Shown here one piece after another: positions 28,622 to 39,516 of a stretch of 50,039 nucleotides of DNA. Within the stretch, counting starts at the first letter, position 1. Every line of letters begins with the position of its first letter. Below the pieces are notes generated by a model. It was not told the origin of the DNA, made no database searches, and saw nothing but the letters and a program-made list of their open reading frames with translations. The stretch lies in assembly GCA_964481345.1 (NCBI GenBank), contig CAYZTC010000008.1, forward strand, positions 1 to 50,039, written 5' to 3'. This DNA is from an uncultured Candidatus Saccharibacteria bacterium. GTDB lineage: Bacteria; Patescibacteriota; Dojkabacteria; SC72; JAFGCJ01. Both the position numbers and the translations under genes were made by a program.

Positions 28622-29073
28622 TAAGATCTTGCACTGTCCATCTTATCTGCCAACTCCTGAACCATTTTTTCTCCATTTTTCCTTATAAAATCCTCATGCT
28701 CCCTCCATTGCTTGTTTGACCATACTTCCACCCAATTACCAAGCCCTATGAAGACTACTGATTTTTCCAAACTACTAAGGTTTGCATACTGAAATAAATC
28801 CTCAGGAATAACAAACCTTCCTTGATTATCAAGTTCAATCTCATGAGCACCTGCTAGTAAGAAACGACCGGATTCCCTAACTTTTCTATCAAGAAAAGTA
28901 CCATTTGCTATACCTTTTGTAATCTCATTCCAGCGCGACTCATCTACAACCACCAAACAGCCTTCATATCCTCGAGTTATGATGAGCTTTTCCCCAAGGG
29001 TTTTTCTAAACTTTTTAGGAAAAGAAACTCTCCTCTTCGAGCCTAATTTACTTGTATAAAGTCCTACCAGCAT
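28621..29073 (-). CDS. mraZ: dcw transcriptional repressor MraZ
   Basis: TRGYEGCL, LDNQGRFVIP, VEVW. Confidence 0.95.
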   Translation of the reverse strand: MLVGLYTSKLGSKRRVSFPKKFRKTLGEKLIITRGYEGCLVVVDESRWNEITKGIANGTFLDRKVRESGRFLLAGAHEIELDNQGRFVIPEDLFQYANLSSLEKSVVFIGLGNWVEVWSNKQWREHEDFIRKNGEKMVQELADKMDSARS

Positions 29074-29105
29074 TTTTGTTTCTATTTAAAGATCTTTAGA
29101 TATTT

Positions 29106-29166
29106 TCACCACCAGTCACCACGATTCACCAAATCCAGAATATCATACATTCCAAACACAAGTCAA
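29106..29166 (-). promoter_or_regulatory. dcw promoter with three MraZ-type boxes
   Basis: Minus strand TTGACT-18 nt-TATTCT, then (T/G)TGGTGA three times at 10-bp period (29106-29132). Confidence 0.8.
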
Positions 29167-29264
29167 CAGGTATTTTTAGCCTTTGCACCAGGTATTGTAG
29201 GACTCCCATTTGCTCAAAAAATAAGATAGACTAATAATGTTCGTTTTTATATAATGACTTAGAT

Positions 29265-32200
29265 ATGGCATACAAAAAACGCTCCTCAAAGAGGTCTCCT
29301 TTCTCAAAAGTGAGACTTTCTAAAGGAATAAAAAGAAGCAAATTAAAATACAGAAGAATAAAGAAATACAGTTCCAAAAAGAAAGGAAAGAAACTATCAT
29401 TTTGGGGGAAGTACACGGGCAAAAGTAAGTTCAAAAAGGGGTTAAACAAGGTACTTGGAATTCTCCTTGGAATCGGTATCCTTATGATACTTGGAGGGAC
29501 AATCTTTATTGGTGCAACATTAGCTAGCGTAAGCAAATCACTTCCGAACCCGGACGAACTCCTAGATAGAGAGTCTGCACAAAGTACAAAAATCTATGAT
29601 AGTGGTGGGCCAGAGGAAGGTACTCTTCTATACACTATATATGGTGAATTCAATAGAGAATTTGTAGAAATTGATAAAATTCCAGAACACACCATTTGGG
29701 CTTTTCTTGCAGCCGAAGATATCGAATTCTACGATCACAAAGGCGTTGACCTTCTTGGTCTTGCAAAGGCCGCGTATGTAAACCTGACTGGAGGTCTTAC
29801 TGGTCCTGGTGCTAGTACAGTCACTCAGCAACTCGTTAGAAATACTCTTCTTTATGACTTCATGGGAGAGGCTGCGTATGAAAGAACAATAATGAGAAAG
29901 TTAAAGGAAATTCTTATTACTATTCAGCTAGAAAAGAGTTTTGAGAAGGATGAAATACTACAGATGTATATGAATGAGGTTGCCCTTGGCGGAACTAACT
30001 ACGGCATTCAGGCTGCATCAAAAGCATACTTTGGGAAAGATGTCAGTGAACTTACACTTGCTGAAAGTGCCATGATAGCAGGACTTATACAGGCACCAAG
30101 TTATTATTCCCCACTATTTGGAAGTAATCCTGAAGAAGCTGTATACCGGCAGCAATGGGTGCTAGACCAAATGTATGAAAAAAGATCATACATTAAGAGG
30201 GCTTCAGAGAAAAAAGGAGAAGAGCTCGATCTTACAGAGGATATTATTACCCATGCTAAAGAGCTAGAAATCGAATATAGCCCAGTAAGAACAGACATTA
30301 AAGCTCCACACTTTGTATTTTATGTTAAGCGGCAACTTGTTGAAGAGTACGGACAAGAAAGGGTTGAAAGAGGTGGACTAAAAGTAACTACAAGTTTAGA
30401 TTGGGACCTACAACAAATCGCTGAGGAGGAAATCCAAGCAGGGGTAGATAAATACAAAAGTGCTTACAATGTTAATAATGGCGCAATGGTAGCAATAGAC
30501 CCGAGAAATGGCCATATGCTTTCAATGGTAGGCTCTTATGATTACTGGGCAGATCCAGACCCCAGGGTAGATGGAAACGTAAATGTAGCGATAGCTTTAA
30601 GACAGATGGGGTCTTCAGTAAAACCATACACGTATCTTACAGCTTTCCATCAAGGATACAGCCCCGCACTATTAACACCAGATATACCAATGGATTTTGG
30701 GTACAAAGCAAGAAACTGGGATGGAAAATATAGAGGACTACTCCTTGCAAGACAAGCACTTGTAGAGTCAAGAAACATCTCCGCCCTATACACAATGGAT
30801 CTTATAGGAGGTGTTACAGAATTTATGAAAACAGCAGAAACTCTTGGAATAACAACTCTCACTGATCCTTCAAACTACGGACTAAGTCTTACCCTTGGTG
30901 CTGGTGAAATGAAACTACTTGAGCATACTGCTGCGTTTGGAGTATTTTCTCAGGGAGGTATTAAGCACGACACAACAACAATTGTAAAAGTTGAAACCTC
31001 TAAGGGTGAAACATTATACGAATGGGAAGATGATGAGGGCACAAGAGTTTGGGATGAAAAAGAGATTTATCTTTTAAACTGGACCATCTGCGACATAGCA
31101 GGTCAAGGTAGAATATTTGCAAACCACTACCAGGCTGGCGATCAAAAACTATGTGGAAAAACAGGTACTACTGATGGTCCAAGAGATCTTACAACAATAC
31201 TATACTATCCAAATCTTGTTGTAGGAGTATGGACAGGCAACAATAATAACGATCCTACTATTGGAAATGCTGGACAAGGTTGGAGCACTACTGTACCACT
31301 TCCTATTGCTAACTCATTTATGAACAGGGTTATTGGAAAATTTGGTACTGCATGGTATACACGACCAGCAGGAATAGTTGCAGGACAAGTTTGCAAGGAT
31401 ACAGGTCTTCGAGCAGAGAACAATACAGAATGTAATAAAGTAGCTTCCATATTTATTCAAGGCCATGTTCCGGAAGTAGATCACGCACACGATGAAAAAC
31501 CAATATGCAAATCCACAGGAAAAATTGCAACAAACGTAGAGGAAGCAGAAAAGCTAGGATTAATAGAGTATCAAAGGTTTGTCGATATAGTACTTTCGAT
31601 AGAAAAACATCAGGTTAGTCTTGATGCATGGCTTGCAAAAAGTAAAACATACAGAGCACTTGTAAACATGCCAGATGAGGAGGAATGTCCACTTGAGCTT
31701 GGACCAGGAAATGCTCCAATCCTGTCAATTACTTCTCCAAGTAGTGGTGTAGAATACGACGTTGGTGAGGTAATGACTGTCAAAGTATCTATAAAATCCC
31801 TAACTGCTATCACAAAGGTTCAATACTATCTTAATGATGTACTGTTAAGCACAGTAGTAAAATCACCATATACACTCAACTATCAGGTTCCTTCAGATGC
31901 CACAGATGGTTCACACACTTTGAATGCGATCGCTACTGATTCAGATAGTAAAACTGGAAATGCTAGCATTACAGTAAAATTCAATACACCTAATGATCCA
32001 GTAGCCATCTCAATTACTACACCTGAAAATGGAGCAACAATCACAGGTGCAACAGGTGTTACAGCAAACGCAACTGGAAGCTACAACCTAATAACTGCTG
32101 TCACATTTAAGTTTGTAAACCAGGGAGATAACTCACTCGTTTACAATTCTCCAGGAAAGAAAGTCGGGGATGGCAACTCATGGACTGGGTCTGTACCAAA

Positions 32201-32297
32201 TCCTCTACCTGCCGCCACATACAATTTATATGCCATAGCAACTTTAAACGACTCCAGTACTATTACAAGCACAGCAATCGAAGTAACAAAGGAGTAA
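29265..32297 (+). CDS. Class A penicillin-binding protein with C-terminal Ig-like domains
   Basis: AAED..FY.H.G, GAST.TQQL, RKLKE, SSVK, SRN, KTGTT; long basic N-tail; ITSP...PY Ig-like repeats. Confidence 0.95.
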   Translation: MAYKKRSSKRSPFSKVRLSKGIKRSKLKYRRIKKYSSKKKGKKLSFWGKYTGKSKFKKGLNKVLGILLGIGILMILGGTIFIGATLASVSKSLPNPDELLDRESAQSTKIYDSGGPEEGTLLYTIYGEFNREFVEIDKIPEHTIWAFLAAEDIEFYDHKGVDLLGLAKAAYVNLTGGLTGPGASTVTQQLVRNTLLYDFMGEAAYERTIMRKLKEILITIQLEKSFEKDEILQMYMNEVALGGTNYGIQAASKAYFGKDVSELTLAESAMIAGLIQAPSYYSPLFGSNPEEAVYRQQWVLDQMYEKRSYIKRASEKKGEELDLTEDIITHAKELEIEYSPVRTDIKAPHFVFYVKRQLVEEYGQERVERGGLKVTTSLDWDLQQIAEEEIQAGVDKYKSAYNVNNGAMVAIDPRNGHMLSMVGSYDYWADPDPRVDGNVNVAIALRQMGSSVKPYTYLTAFHQGYSPALLTPDIPMDFGYKARNWDGKYRGLLLARQALVESRNISALYTMDLIGGVTEFMKTAETLGITTLTDPSNYGLSLTLGAGEMKLLEHTAAFGVFSQGGIKHDTTTIVKVETSKGETLYEWEDDEGTRVWDEKEIYLLNWTICDIAGQGRIFANHYQAGDQKLCGKTGTTDGPRDLTTILYYPNLVVGVWTGNNNNDPTIGNAGQGWSTTVPLPIANSFMNRVIGKFGTAWYTRPAGIVAGQVCKDTGLRAENNTECNKVASIFIQGHVPEVDHAHDEKPICKSTGKIATNVEEAEKLGLIEYQRFVDIVLSIEKHQVSLDAWLAKSKTYRALVNMPDEEECPLELGPGNAPILSITSPSSGVEYDVGEVMTVKVSIKSLTAITKVQYYLNDVLLSTVVKSPYTLNYQVPSDATDGSHTLNAIATDSDSKTGNASITVKFNTPNDPVAISITTPENGATITGATGVTANATGSYNLITAVTFKFVNQGDNSLVYNSPGKKVGDGNSWTGSVPNPLPAATYNLYAIATLNDSSTITSTAIEVTKE

Positions 32298-34745
32298 TTA
32301 TTTTGCAAGCTTACCTTTAACCTTCTTTCCTACAGAATCAATAACTTTCTTTTCTATCACTTCAATATCATTATCTTTAAGTGTTTTATCCTTGCTTTGA
32401 TATGTAATTCGTAAGGTTGTCTTTTTACTCTTCCTATCTTTCGGAGCTTTAAATATATCTACACATTCAATCTTTTGAAGCAGCTTTGCTTTTTTATCAA
32501 CAGATTTTACTGCTTCAACTATTTCAATATACGGAACACCTAAATCAGTAATAAATGAGTAATCCCTTGTTACTTCCGGATACTTCGATATAATTTTATA
32601 GCTCGGAGTATCTATAATGATAAACTCAATTCCATCCAGATTTATCTCAAAAGCGCTTGTGTTTGTCGGAATCCCAATTTTATCAACTGTTACAACATCA
32701 ATCTGCCCAACAATTCCAACATACTCTCTTTCCACCTTTACTATTGCAGCCCTAGATGGATGATACATACCCCTTGAATATTTCAACCAATCAGGAAGAT
32801 CTGCTGCGACAATCTTAGTAACTGGAATCAACTCATAATTGCTTATCCCAAGATTGACAAACAGTTCATCAAGATATTTTTTTGAATGATAGTAGGAAAC
32901 AGTGTGCGCAAATCCTAAATGCCAGGGTTCATTTGGCAGTTTCTTAGTCTTTGATTTTTTACATGGATCCACCCTATCCACCTCAAAACTTGCATAATCA
33001 CCATAAGTCTTATAATTCATAGGTACATTTTCAAGAAGAGACGGAACTACCAACGGTCTCATATAATCCAGATCACTCGAGATCGCATTCACAATCCTAA
33101 AACAATTATCAATACTTAAATTACATTTAGAATATAAGTCGCTACTTACAAACGCATAATTGTAAATCTCATTTGCACCAAAAGACATTAATGATCTTTT
33201 CACCATCATGATGTTTCTTCTAGCAACATCGTCAACTACTGGTAAACACTTTCTTACTGGCAGTTTAATTTCAACCTTATCGTATCCATATATTCTTGCG
33301 ACCTCCTCATCTATATCTTCAGAAATTCTAATATCAGGCCTAAACGTAGGTATTAAGACAGACCAAATACCCGATTTCGATTTTTTCACTTTTAAACCAA
33401 GCCTTTTCAAAACTTCTTCAATTTTTTCATCCTTAATATCGATACCTATTTTCTTCCTTATATTTTCAGGTTTTACAGACACACTCCACTCCTTTACTGT
33501 TTCGGGATATACATCCACAATTTTGGACACTATCTTTCCACCAGTAAACTTTATCATCATATCTAATGCCTTATACATCACAGGTTCACACAAATTTGGA
33601 TCGATACCCTTTGAAAATCTTATAACAGCATCTGTTATAAGACCAAGTTTCATGGAAGTCTTTCTAATACTATACATATCCAGGTTCTCTACCTGATAAA
33701 TTACATTCCTTGTAGATTCTGTAATTTCGGTGTCTTTCCCCCCCATAACACCTGCTACCGCAATAGGATTTGTACTATCTGCAATAACAATCATCTCATT
33801 GTCTAATTCCCTAACCTCTCCATCAAGTGTAGTTACTTTCTCACCACCTTTTGAAAGCCTTATTGTAAGCACGGCAGTACCATCAAATTTTGCGTCTTTT
33901 TTAATTACCTTGTCATAATCAAATGCATGGCTTGGCTGACCAGTAAGTAGCATAAGATAGTTTGAAACATCGACAATGTTATTAACCGGATGTATCCCCA
34001 TCTTAGAAAGCTCTACTTGCATCCACAAAGGTGACTCTTTTACATTTACACCTTTAATGACCACAGCCATATATCTCTTACATAAAGACTTTGCTTTATT
34101 TCTTATCTCTAGCTTATATTCATCCTTTATCCCCTTAGGTTTAATCTTCGTGGGATTATCAAGCCAGTCAATTCTTTTAAGCATTGTCCCCTGAATAGCA
34201 GAAATCTCTCTTGCAATTCCATATAAGCCAAAAGTATCAGGACGATGGGTAAGTGTCTTATTTTTTATTTCAATTATAAGATCGTCCAAATTCAATACAT
34301 CACATATTTCTTGCCCTACTTTTGATTTTACTGGCAATGTAAAAACATTTGTATGATCGTAGTTTAGGCCTATTTCCTTCCCAGATGGCACAAACCCTTC
34401 AGATTTTACTCCTTTTATTTCTGTCTTCTTTACTACCTGATCAAGTCCAGGCACAACTAACCCTGGCCTAACATAAGACACCTTATCACCCTTTTTTACT
34501 GGACATTTTTGAATCACCGACTTTACCGATTTCTTCCCAACATCAAGTTTCAAGACCAATAAATTATTCGAACTCCCATGCTTATTCACTTCAGTCACCT
34601 CAGCAACAGTGATACCCTTATATAATTTCCCAATATCAATGACTTCTTGTACCTCCGTTAAAGAAACAGATACTCTATCCTTTAACTCATCAGGAGAAAG
34701 CTTAATGTCAGTATATTTTTTAACCCAGTTAAGAGATATTTTCAT
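32298..34745 (-). CDS. pheT: Phenylalanine--tRNA ligase beta subunit
   Basis: MKISLNW, HRPD, NNIVD..NY, GQP.HAFD, EEVARIYGYD, SKYPEVTRD. Confidence 0.97.
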   Translation of the reverse strand: MKISLNWVKKYTDIKLSPDELKDRVSVSLTEVQEVIDIGKLYKGITVAEVTEVNKHGSSNNLLVLKLDVGKKSVKSVIQKCPVKKGDKVSYVRPGLVVPGLDQVVKKTEIKGVKSEGFVPSGKEIGLNYDHTNVFTLPVKSKVGQEICDVLNLDDLIIEIKNKTLTHRPDTFGLYGIAREISAIQGTMLKRIDWLDNPTKIKPKGIKDEYKLEIRNKAKSLCKRYMAVVIKGVNVKESPLWMQVELSKMGIHPVNNIVDVSNYLMLLTGQPSHAFDYDKVIKKDAKFDGTAVLTIRLSKGGEKVTTLDGEVRELDNEMIVIADSTNPIAVAGVMGGKDTEITESTRNVIYQVENLDMYSIRKTSMKLGLITDAVIRFSKGIDPNLCEPVMYKALDMMIKFTGGKIVSKIVDVYPETVKEWSVSVKPENIRKKIGIDIKDEKIEEVLKRLGLKVKKSKSGIWSVLIPTFRPDIRISEDIDEEVARIYGYDKVEIKLPVRKCLPVVDDVARRNIMMVKRSLMSFGANEIYNYAFVSSDLYSKCNLSIDNCFRIVNAISSDLDYMRPLVVPSLLENVPMNYKTYGDYASFEVDRVDPCKKSKTKKLPNEPWHLGFAHTVSYYHSKKYLDELFVNLGISNYELIPVTKIVAADLPDWLKYSRGMYHPSRAAIVKVEREYVGIVGQIDVVTVDKIGIPTNTSAFEINLDGIEFIIIDTPSYKIISKYPEVTRDYSFITDLGVPYIEIVEAVKSVDKKAKLLQKIECVDIFKAPKDRKSKKTTLRITYQSKDKTLKDNDIEVIEKKVIDSVGKKVKGKLAK

Positions 34746-35797
34746 CTAAATTGAGTCAGAAACCTTAAATCTCCACTGTGCAGATGTCTAATATCCTCAA
34801 TCTGACCAGCCAGCATAACAAGCCTGTCCAAACCCAAACCCCATGCAAATCCTGAATATAAGTTTGGATCTAATCCTCCCTCTCTTAAAACATTTGGATG
34901 AATCGGTCCACAAGGCACTAGCTCAATCCATCCAGTATAACTGCAAAATGGACATCCTTTTTGGCCACAGACCATACACTCCACCATAAACTCAAGGCCT
35001 GGCTCAACGAAAGGGAAATAGCTAGGTTGAAGCTTATACTTCACATCTTTATCATAGAATGCATTCATGAAATGCTTTAATGTACCAATCAAATCAGCAA
35101 GATTAATATCCTTATCAACATACATTCCCTCTATTTGGTAAAAGGAGTGTTCGTGACTAGCATCTGTTGCCTCATTTCGAAAACACCTACCAACTATTAC
35201 TTCCCTAATCGGAGGTTTTTGCTCCTTTAAGATTCTATTCTGCATCGCTGATGTATGAGTTGTAGGAATGAAACCCTCTTCAGTCCAAAAAGTATCCCAT
35301 AAATCTCTTGCAGGATGACCCTCAGGGATATTTAATGCTGAAAACACATTATAGTCATCATCCAACTGACGAGAACTTGTAACGTGAAAACCCATTGATT
35401 TAAATATTCCAAGAGCCTTTTCATTCATTGATGTAATGGGGTGAAGAGTACCAGGCGTTGAAAATAGTTCTGGCTTTTTACTAGCGGGAGTGTTTGGAGC
35501 AAATGGCGCTGTTATATCAAAATCTTCATCAATCATTGAAGATCCCTTCTTTTTTCTTAACTCAGACTTCTTTTTCTCTTCTAATAGACCATCAATTTTA
35601 CCCTTAAGCTCATTTACATCTTTACCATAGTTTGCTCTTTTTGACGTAGCAATATTTCCAATTTTCTTAAGGAGAGTTTTAATAATTCCATTTTTACCAA
35701 GATATTTTGTTTTCAGCTGTAAATATGAAAGCTTTGAGCCTTCAGCAAAATCTAGGTCTACCTGAGTTTTTACTGATTTAACAGTGAGATTTTTCAT
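34742..35797 (-). CDS. pheS: Phenylalanine--tRNA ligase alpha subunit
   Basis: HPARD, THTS, YFPFVEP, GFAWGLGLDRL, DLRFL.QF. Confidence 0.97.
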   Translation of the reverse strand: MKNLTVKSVKTQVDLDFAEGSKLSYLQLKTKYLGKNGIIKTLLKKIGNIATSKRANYGKDVNELKGKIDGLLEEKKKSELRKKKGSSMIDEDFDITAPFAPNTPASKKPELFSTPGTLHPITSMNEKALGIFKSMGFHVTSSRQLDDDYNVFSALNIPEGHPARDLWDTFWTEEGFIPTTHTSAMQNRILKEQKPPIREVIVGRCFRNEATDASHEHSFYQIEGMYVDKDINLADLIGTLKHFMNAFYDKDVKYKLQPSYFPFVEPGLEFMVECMVCGQKGCPFCSYTGWIELVPCGPIHPNVLREGGLDPNLYSGFAWGLGLDRLVMLAGQIEDIRHLHSGDLRFLTQFR

Positions 35798-35824
35798 CTT
35801 AAGCACATTTTAAATGAAATGCTT

Positions 35825-36166
35825 TTACTTAACAAACTCAACAACCTTTTTAAAGGTTTCGGGAAAGTTTACAGCTAATTCTGACAACACATGGTTGTTT
35901 AGCTGGACCTTCTTTTGCTTAAGATGATATTTGAAGCGGCTATACTTTGTATCAAACGGCTTTAAGGCTGCATTAAGCCTAGAAATCCACAATTTCCTGA
36001 ACTCGTTTAATCTTTTTTTTCTGTGATTATATGAATATTGGCCAGCATGAAGATATGCCTCATGAGCAACTTTATATAAATTGCTCTTTGTCAATCTATA
36101 GCCTTTCGTGGATTTTAAAATCTTTTTATGTCTCCTTCTTGTTACTTTTCCTCCCTTTACTCTCAT
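35825..36166 (-). CDS. rplT: 50S ribosomal protein L20
   Basis: MRVKGG...RRRHKK, FRKLWISRLNAA. Confidence 0.97.
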   Translation of the reverse strand: MRVKGGKVTRRRHKKILKSTKGYRLTKSNLYKVAHEAYLHAGQYSYNHRKKRLNEFRKLWISRLNAALKPFDTKYSRFKYHLKQKKVQLNNHVLSELAVNFPETFKKVVEFVK

Positions 36167-36168
36167 TT

Positions 36169-36378
36169 CTATGACTTAATCATTTTATAGATTCTTTCAA
36201 TATCACTATTAGAAACTTTATGGCTTGAAAGTGACCTGTTCTTTGCCCTTGTAGATTTCTTTGTTCTTAGATGCCCCCTTTTACTCTTGTTATAAAGAAT
36301 CTTACCCTTTTTTCTTCCGCGAGGCTTTGTCATTTTGAATCTTTTTGCTGCTGTCTTTTTTGACTTTAGTTTTCCCAT
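36169..36378 (-). CDS. rpmI: 50S ribosomal protein L35
   Basis: KLKSKKTAAKRFKMT, HLRTKK; between infC and rplT. Confidence 0.93.
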   Translation of the reverse strand: MGKLKSKKTAAKRFKMTKPRGRKKGKILYNKSKRGHLRTKKSTRAKNRSLSSHKVSNSDIERIYKMIKS

Positions 36379-36976
36379 TCGATTTACTACCTTTCTTAAT
36401 CTCCCCTTTCAGAGTCATAGATATCATTCTTCCGCTTTGGGAAGGGCTAGAGTCGATACTACTATACCCACTTAGCACTGTCAACAATTCATCTAATAAC
36501 TCTCTTGAATCACTCACAGGTGTCCTACCTCTTCTAGTTACAGTAACTTTAACATTATGCCCCTTATCCAAAAAACCGCTTGCCCTTTTTAATAACCTTT
36601 TTTTATCCCCATCATCAATATATGTCCCAAACCTAAACTCCTTTTGATCTTTCTGTTTATTCTTCTGAGCTTGTTTTTCTTTCTTCTTTAGGTTGTATAA
36701 AAACTTAGACCAAGAAATAATTTTACATACCGGTGGTTTTGATTTTGGAGCAATCAAAACTAGATCCATCTCTTTATCCTGCGCAAGTTTCAAAGCTTGA
36801 TCTATTTTCATCACTCCTTCATTTCCCTCTTCACTTACAACCCTTACTTCCGCCGCCTTAACCCATTCATTTCGAGGATATTTCATTTCTTCAGGAGTCC
36901 TCCAGGTACTCCTTCTAATATTGCCAGTCCTTCTATTTCTGTCAAAAGAGCGAGAACGGTATGGATATTTATTCAT
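36302..36976 (-). CDS. infC: Translation initiation factor IF-3
   Basis: NE.V....VRVV, DLVLIAP...PPVCKI, FL.KG..VKV.V..RGR. Confidence 0.95.
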   Translation of the reverse strand: MNKYPYRSRSFDRNRRTGNIRRSTWRTPEEMKYPRNEWVKAAEVRVVSEEGNEGVMKIDQALKLAQDKEMDLVLIAPKSKPPVCKIISWSKFLYNLKKKEKQAQKNKQKDQKEFRFGTYIDDGDKKRLLKRASGFLDKGHNVKVTVTRRGRTPVSDSRELLDELLTVLSGYSSIDSSPSQSGRMISMTLKGEIKKGSKSNGKTKVKKDSSKKIQNDKASRKKKG

Positions 36977-38723
36977 GTTCTTTATTTTTTATCTCTTTTA
37001 AAATTATTTTTAAAAACTCTTCAGTATCAACCATCCCTTGGTTCTTTTTAGTCAATGGCCTCACCGAAACAGTCTTATTTTCAATTTCCTTATCTCCTAC
37101 AACCAACATATATGGAACTCTTTCTAGTTCAGCATCTCTAATTCTTGACTGCATAGTGTCATTTCTTTCATCGATAGTTATTACTATTCCTTTCTTTTCA
37201 TATTTTTTCATTACTTTCTTGGCATAATCCACATGTCTCTCTGCAATAGGGATAAGCCTTACTTGTTCTGGCGCAAGCCACAACGGTAAATTACCAACAT
37301 AATGCTCCAGCAGTATCCCTACAAATCTTTCAACAGCCCCATAAACAACCCTATGAATCATAACTGGCCTTTGCTTCTCACCGTTTTCATCAATGTACTC
37401 AAGGTCAAAGTTTTCCGGTTGCGCAAAATCAAGCTGAATAGTTGCACATTGCCAAGTACGTCCCATTGCATCACTTAAATGAAAATCAAACTTTGGTCCA
37501 TAAAAAGCTCCTTCACCTTCATTAATAACATGTTCGATTTTTTCCTCTTCAAGTATCTCCTTCATTATGCTTTCAGCATTCTCCCAAACTTCATCCGATC
37601 CAATTGCATTATCTGGTTTGGTAGATAATTCTATGTGATGGAGGTTTAAACCAAACGTTTTATAAAAATCCAAACAAAGGTGTATCACCTTTTTCATCTC
37701 ATCTTTTACTTGATCTGGAGTACAGTATATGTGTGCATCATCTTGAGTAATTTCCCTTACCCTTAATAGTCCATGCACTTCACCAGAACTCTCATATCTA
37801 TACACCACTCCAAGTTCCCCCATTCTAATAGGTAAGTCTTTATATGATACTTGATGTGACTTATAGATCAACATACCACCGTTACAGTTCATCGGCTTAC
37901 ACGCATAGTTATTTACAGTAGAATCACTTGTTTGGGCCATATACATCTTGTCTTTGTAGAACTGAGTATGGCCGCTTCTCCTCCAAGTATCAGTCGTAAG
38001 CAACCCAGGAGTTCTTACCTCAACATATCCCTCTTTTTCATGTACTTCTCTCCAGTACTTATATAGATTATTTAAAAGTTGCAATCCCTTAGGATGCCAA
38101 AAAGCCATGCCTGGAGCCTCTTCATGAAAAGAAAACAAGTCCATTTGTTTTCCAATTCTTCTATGATCTGCCAGTTTCAATTTCTCTTGAAGCTCGAGAT
38201 ACTCACTCAATTCCTTTGTTGTCTCAAAAGCAAGTCCATATATTCGAGTTAGCATTGGATTTTTCTCATCACCCCTCCAATACGCACCCGCTATCCTATC
38301 AAGCTTTATGGCCCCGATCTTTCCAGTATTTTCCATATGTGGACCACGACATAAATCCGTAAAATCATTACTTCCTGTCACAAAGAAGCTCAGTTTCTTA
38401 TCAGGTATCTCTTTTAATAGATCAAGCTTGTACTCTTGATCGGTTTTTTTAAGATATTTCTCTGCTTCCTTTCTAGACATTAACTTCTGTATAAAAGGAA
38501 GTTTTTGTTTTATAATCTTCTTCATCTCCTTTTCAATTTTTTCGAGAGCTTCTTCCTTAAGTGGTTTTTCAAAATCAAAGTCATAGTAAAACCCATTTTC
38601 AATAGCTGGTCCAATACCAAGTTTTGCTTTCGGATAAAGGCTTAGAACGGCCTGTGCTAGCACATGAGAAGCAGAGTGTCTCATTCGTTCAAGGTATTCT
38701 TTTTTTGGATCGTCTTTTTCCAT
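36969..38723 (-). CDS. thrS: Threonine--tRNA ligase (short form, no TGS domain)
   Basis: RHSASHVLAQA, DLCRGPH, GAYWRG, KPMNC, GAFYGPK, WQCATIQLDF. Confidence 0.98.
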   Translation of the reverse strand: MEKDDPKKEYLERMRHSASHVLAQAVLSLYPKAKLGIGPAIENGFYYDFDFEKPLKEEALEKIEKEMKKIIKQKLPFIQKLMSRKEAEKYLKKTDQEYKLDLLKEIPDKKLSFFVTGSNDFTDLCRGPHMENTGKIGAIKLDRIAGAYWRGDEKNPMLTRIYGLAFETTKELSEYLELQEKLKLADHRRIGKQMDLFSFHEEAPGMAFWHPKGLQLLNNLYKYWREVHEKEGYVEVRTPGLLTTDTWRRSGHTQFYKDKMYMAQTSDSTVNNYACKPMNCNGGMLIYKSHQVSYKDLPIRMGELGVVYRYESSGEVHGLLRVREITQDDAHIYCTPDQVKDEMKKVIHLCLDFYKTFGLNLHHIELSTKPDNAIGSDEVWENAESIMKEILEEEKIEHVINEGEGAFYGPKFDFHLSDAMGRTWQCATIQLDFAQPENFDLEYIDENGEKQRPVMIHRVVYGAVERFVGILLEHYVGNLPLWLAPEQVRLIPIAERHVDYAKKVMKKYEKKGIVITIDERNDTMQSRIRDAELERVPYMLVVGDKEIENKTVSVRPLTKKNQGMVDTEEFLKIILKEIKNKEHE

Positions 38724-38911
38724 AATATTAACTAAAATAATTAATCGCAAAGATATTTCTTAACACTTTGTGAAAATATAAACATTTAATTGAGGGATGT
38801 GACATATTCGACTCTGACGAGTTGTTGTAGTTTATCAGATAAATACTTGTACATTACAAATGAAATTATACAAAGGATTTTCAAAGACGGCAAGAATAAT
38901 GAGGACTATCC

Positions 38912-39412
38912 CTAAATACTCACATTATCCAACGCTCGATTTACACCCAATTGCAGAAGAGATTGAAATATTTCAGGATCTGTAATATGGATTATTGCAA
39001 GAGATGTAACAAAAATTATTACTGATAACCATTTTGTATAGACCCCTCGCGTTCTTGTAAACAATACAATTGATAAGACACCAGTAACTGCTGGAAAAAC
39101 GATTGTCAAATCACCTAGAGGGACATTGTACCCATAGAAATATTTTGAACTTGTTCCAAGAAACGCTCCAAGATCGAAATGAATATCAAAAATTACAATA
39201 ATTAAGTTTGCAATAAACAAAACAAGCAACAGCCATGACGACAACTTCGTTGACACACCTTCCGTTCTGTATACTTCATAGCCAACAGTTGGAATAAGAA
39301 AAATCATCGAAATCAAAGCATTTTCAGCAGCCATACCCCAAATTATCCCAATAACAGCTAATACTGAAAGACTAATACAAATTGCCGGAGCGTATTTAGT
39401 TGGTTTTGCCAT
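38912..39412 (-). CDS. Hypothetical membrane protein
   Basis: About five TM segments; YEVYRTEG.STK and RTRG.YTKW loops. Confidence 0.8.
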   Translation of the reverse strand: MAKPTKYAPAICISLSVLAVIGIIWGMAAENALISMIFLIPTVGYEVYRTEGVSTKLSSWLLLVLFIANLIIVIFDIHFDLGAFLGTSSKYFYGYNVPLGDLTIVFPAVTGVLSIVLFTRTRGVYTKWLSVIIFVTSLAIIHITDPEIFQSLLQLGVNRALDNVSI

Positions 39413-39516
39413 TTAAATAATCGATCAGTTTATTACTAATATCCTACAGGGGAATCTCAAACACTGCAATCGGTAACAATCACACTCAGTTATTCCACAA
39501 CAACTCTGATCCTGTT

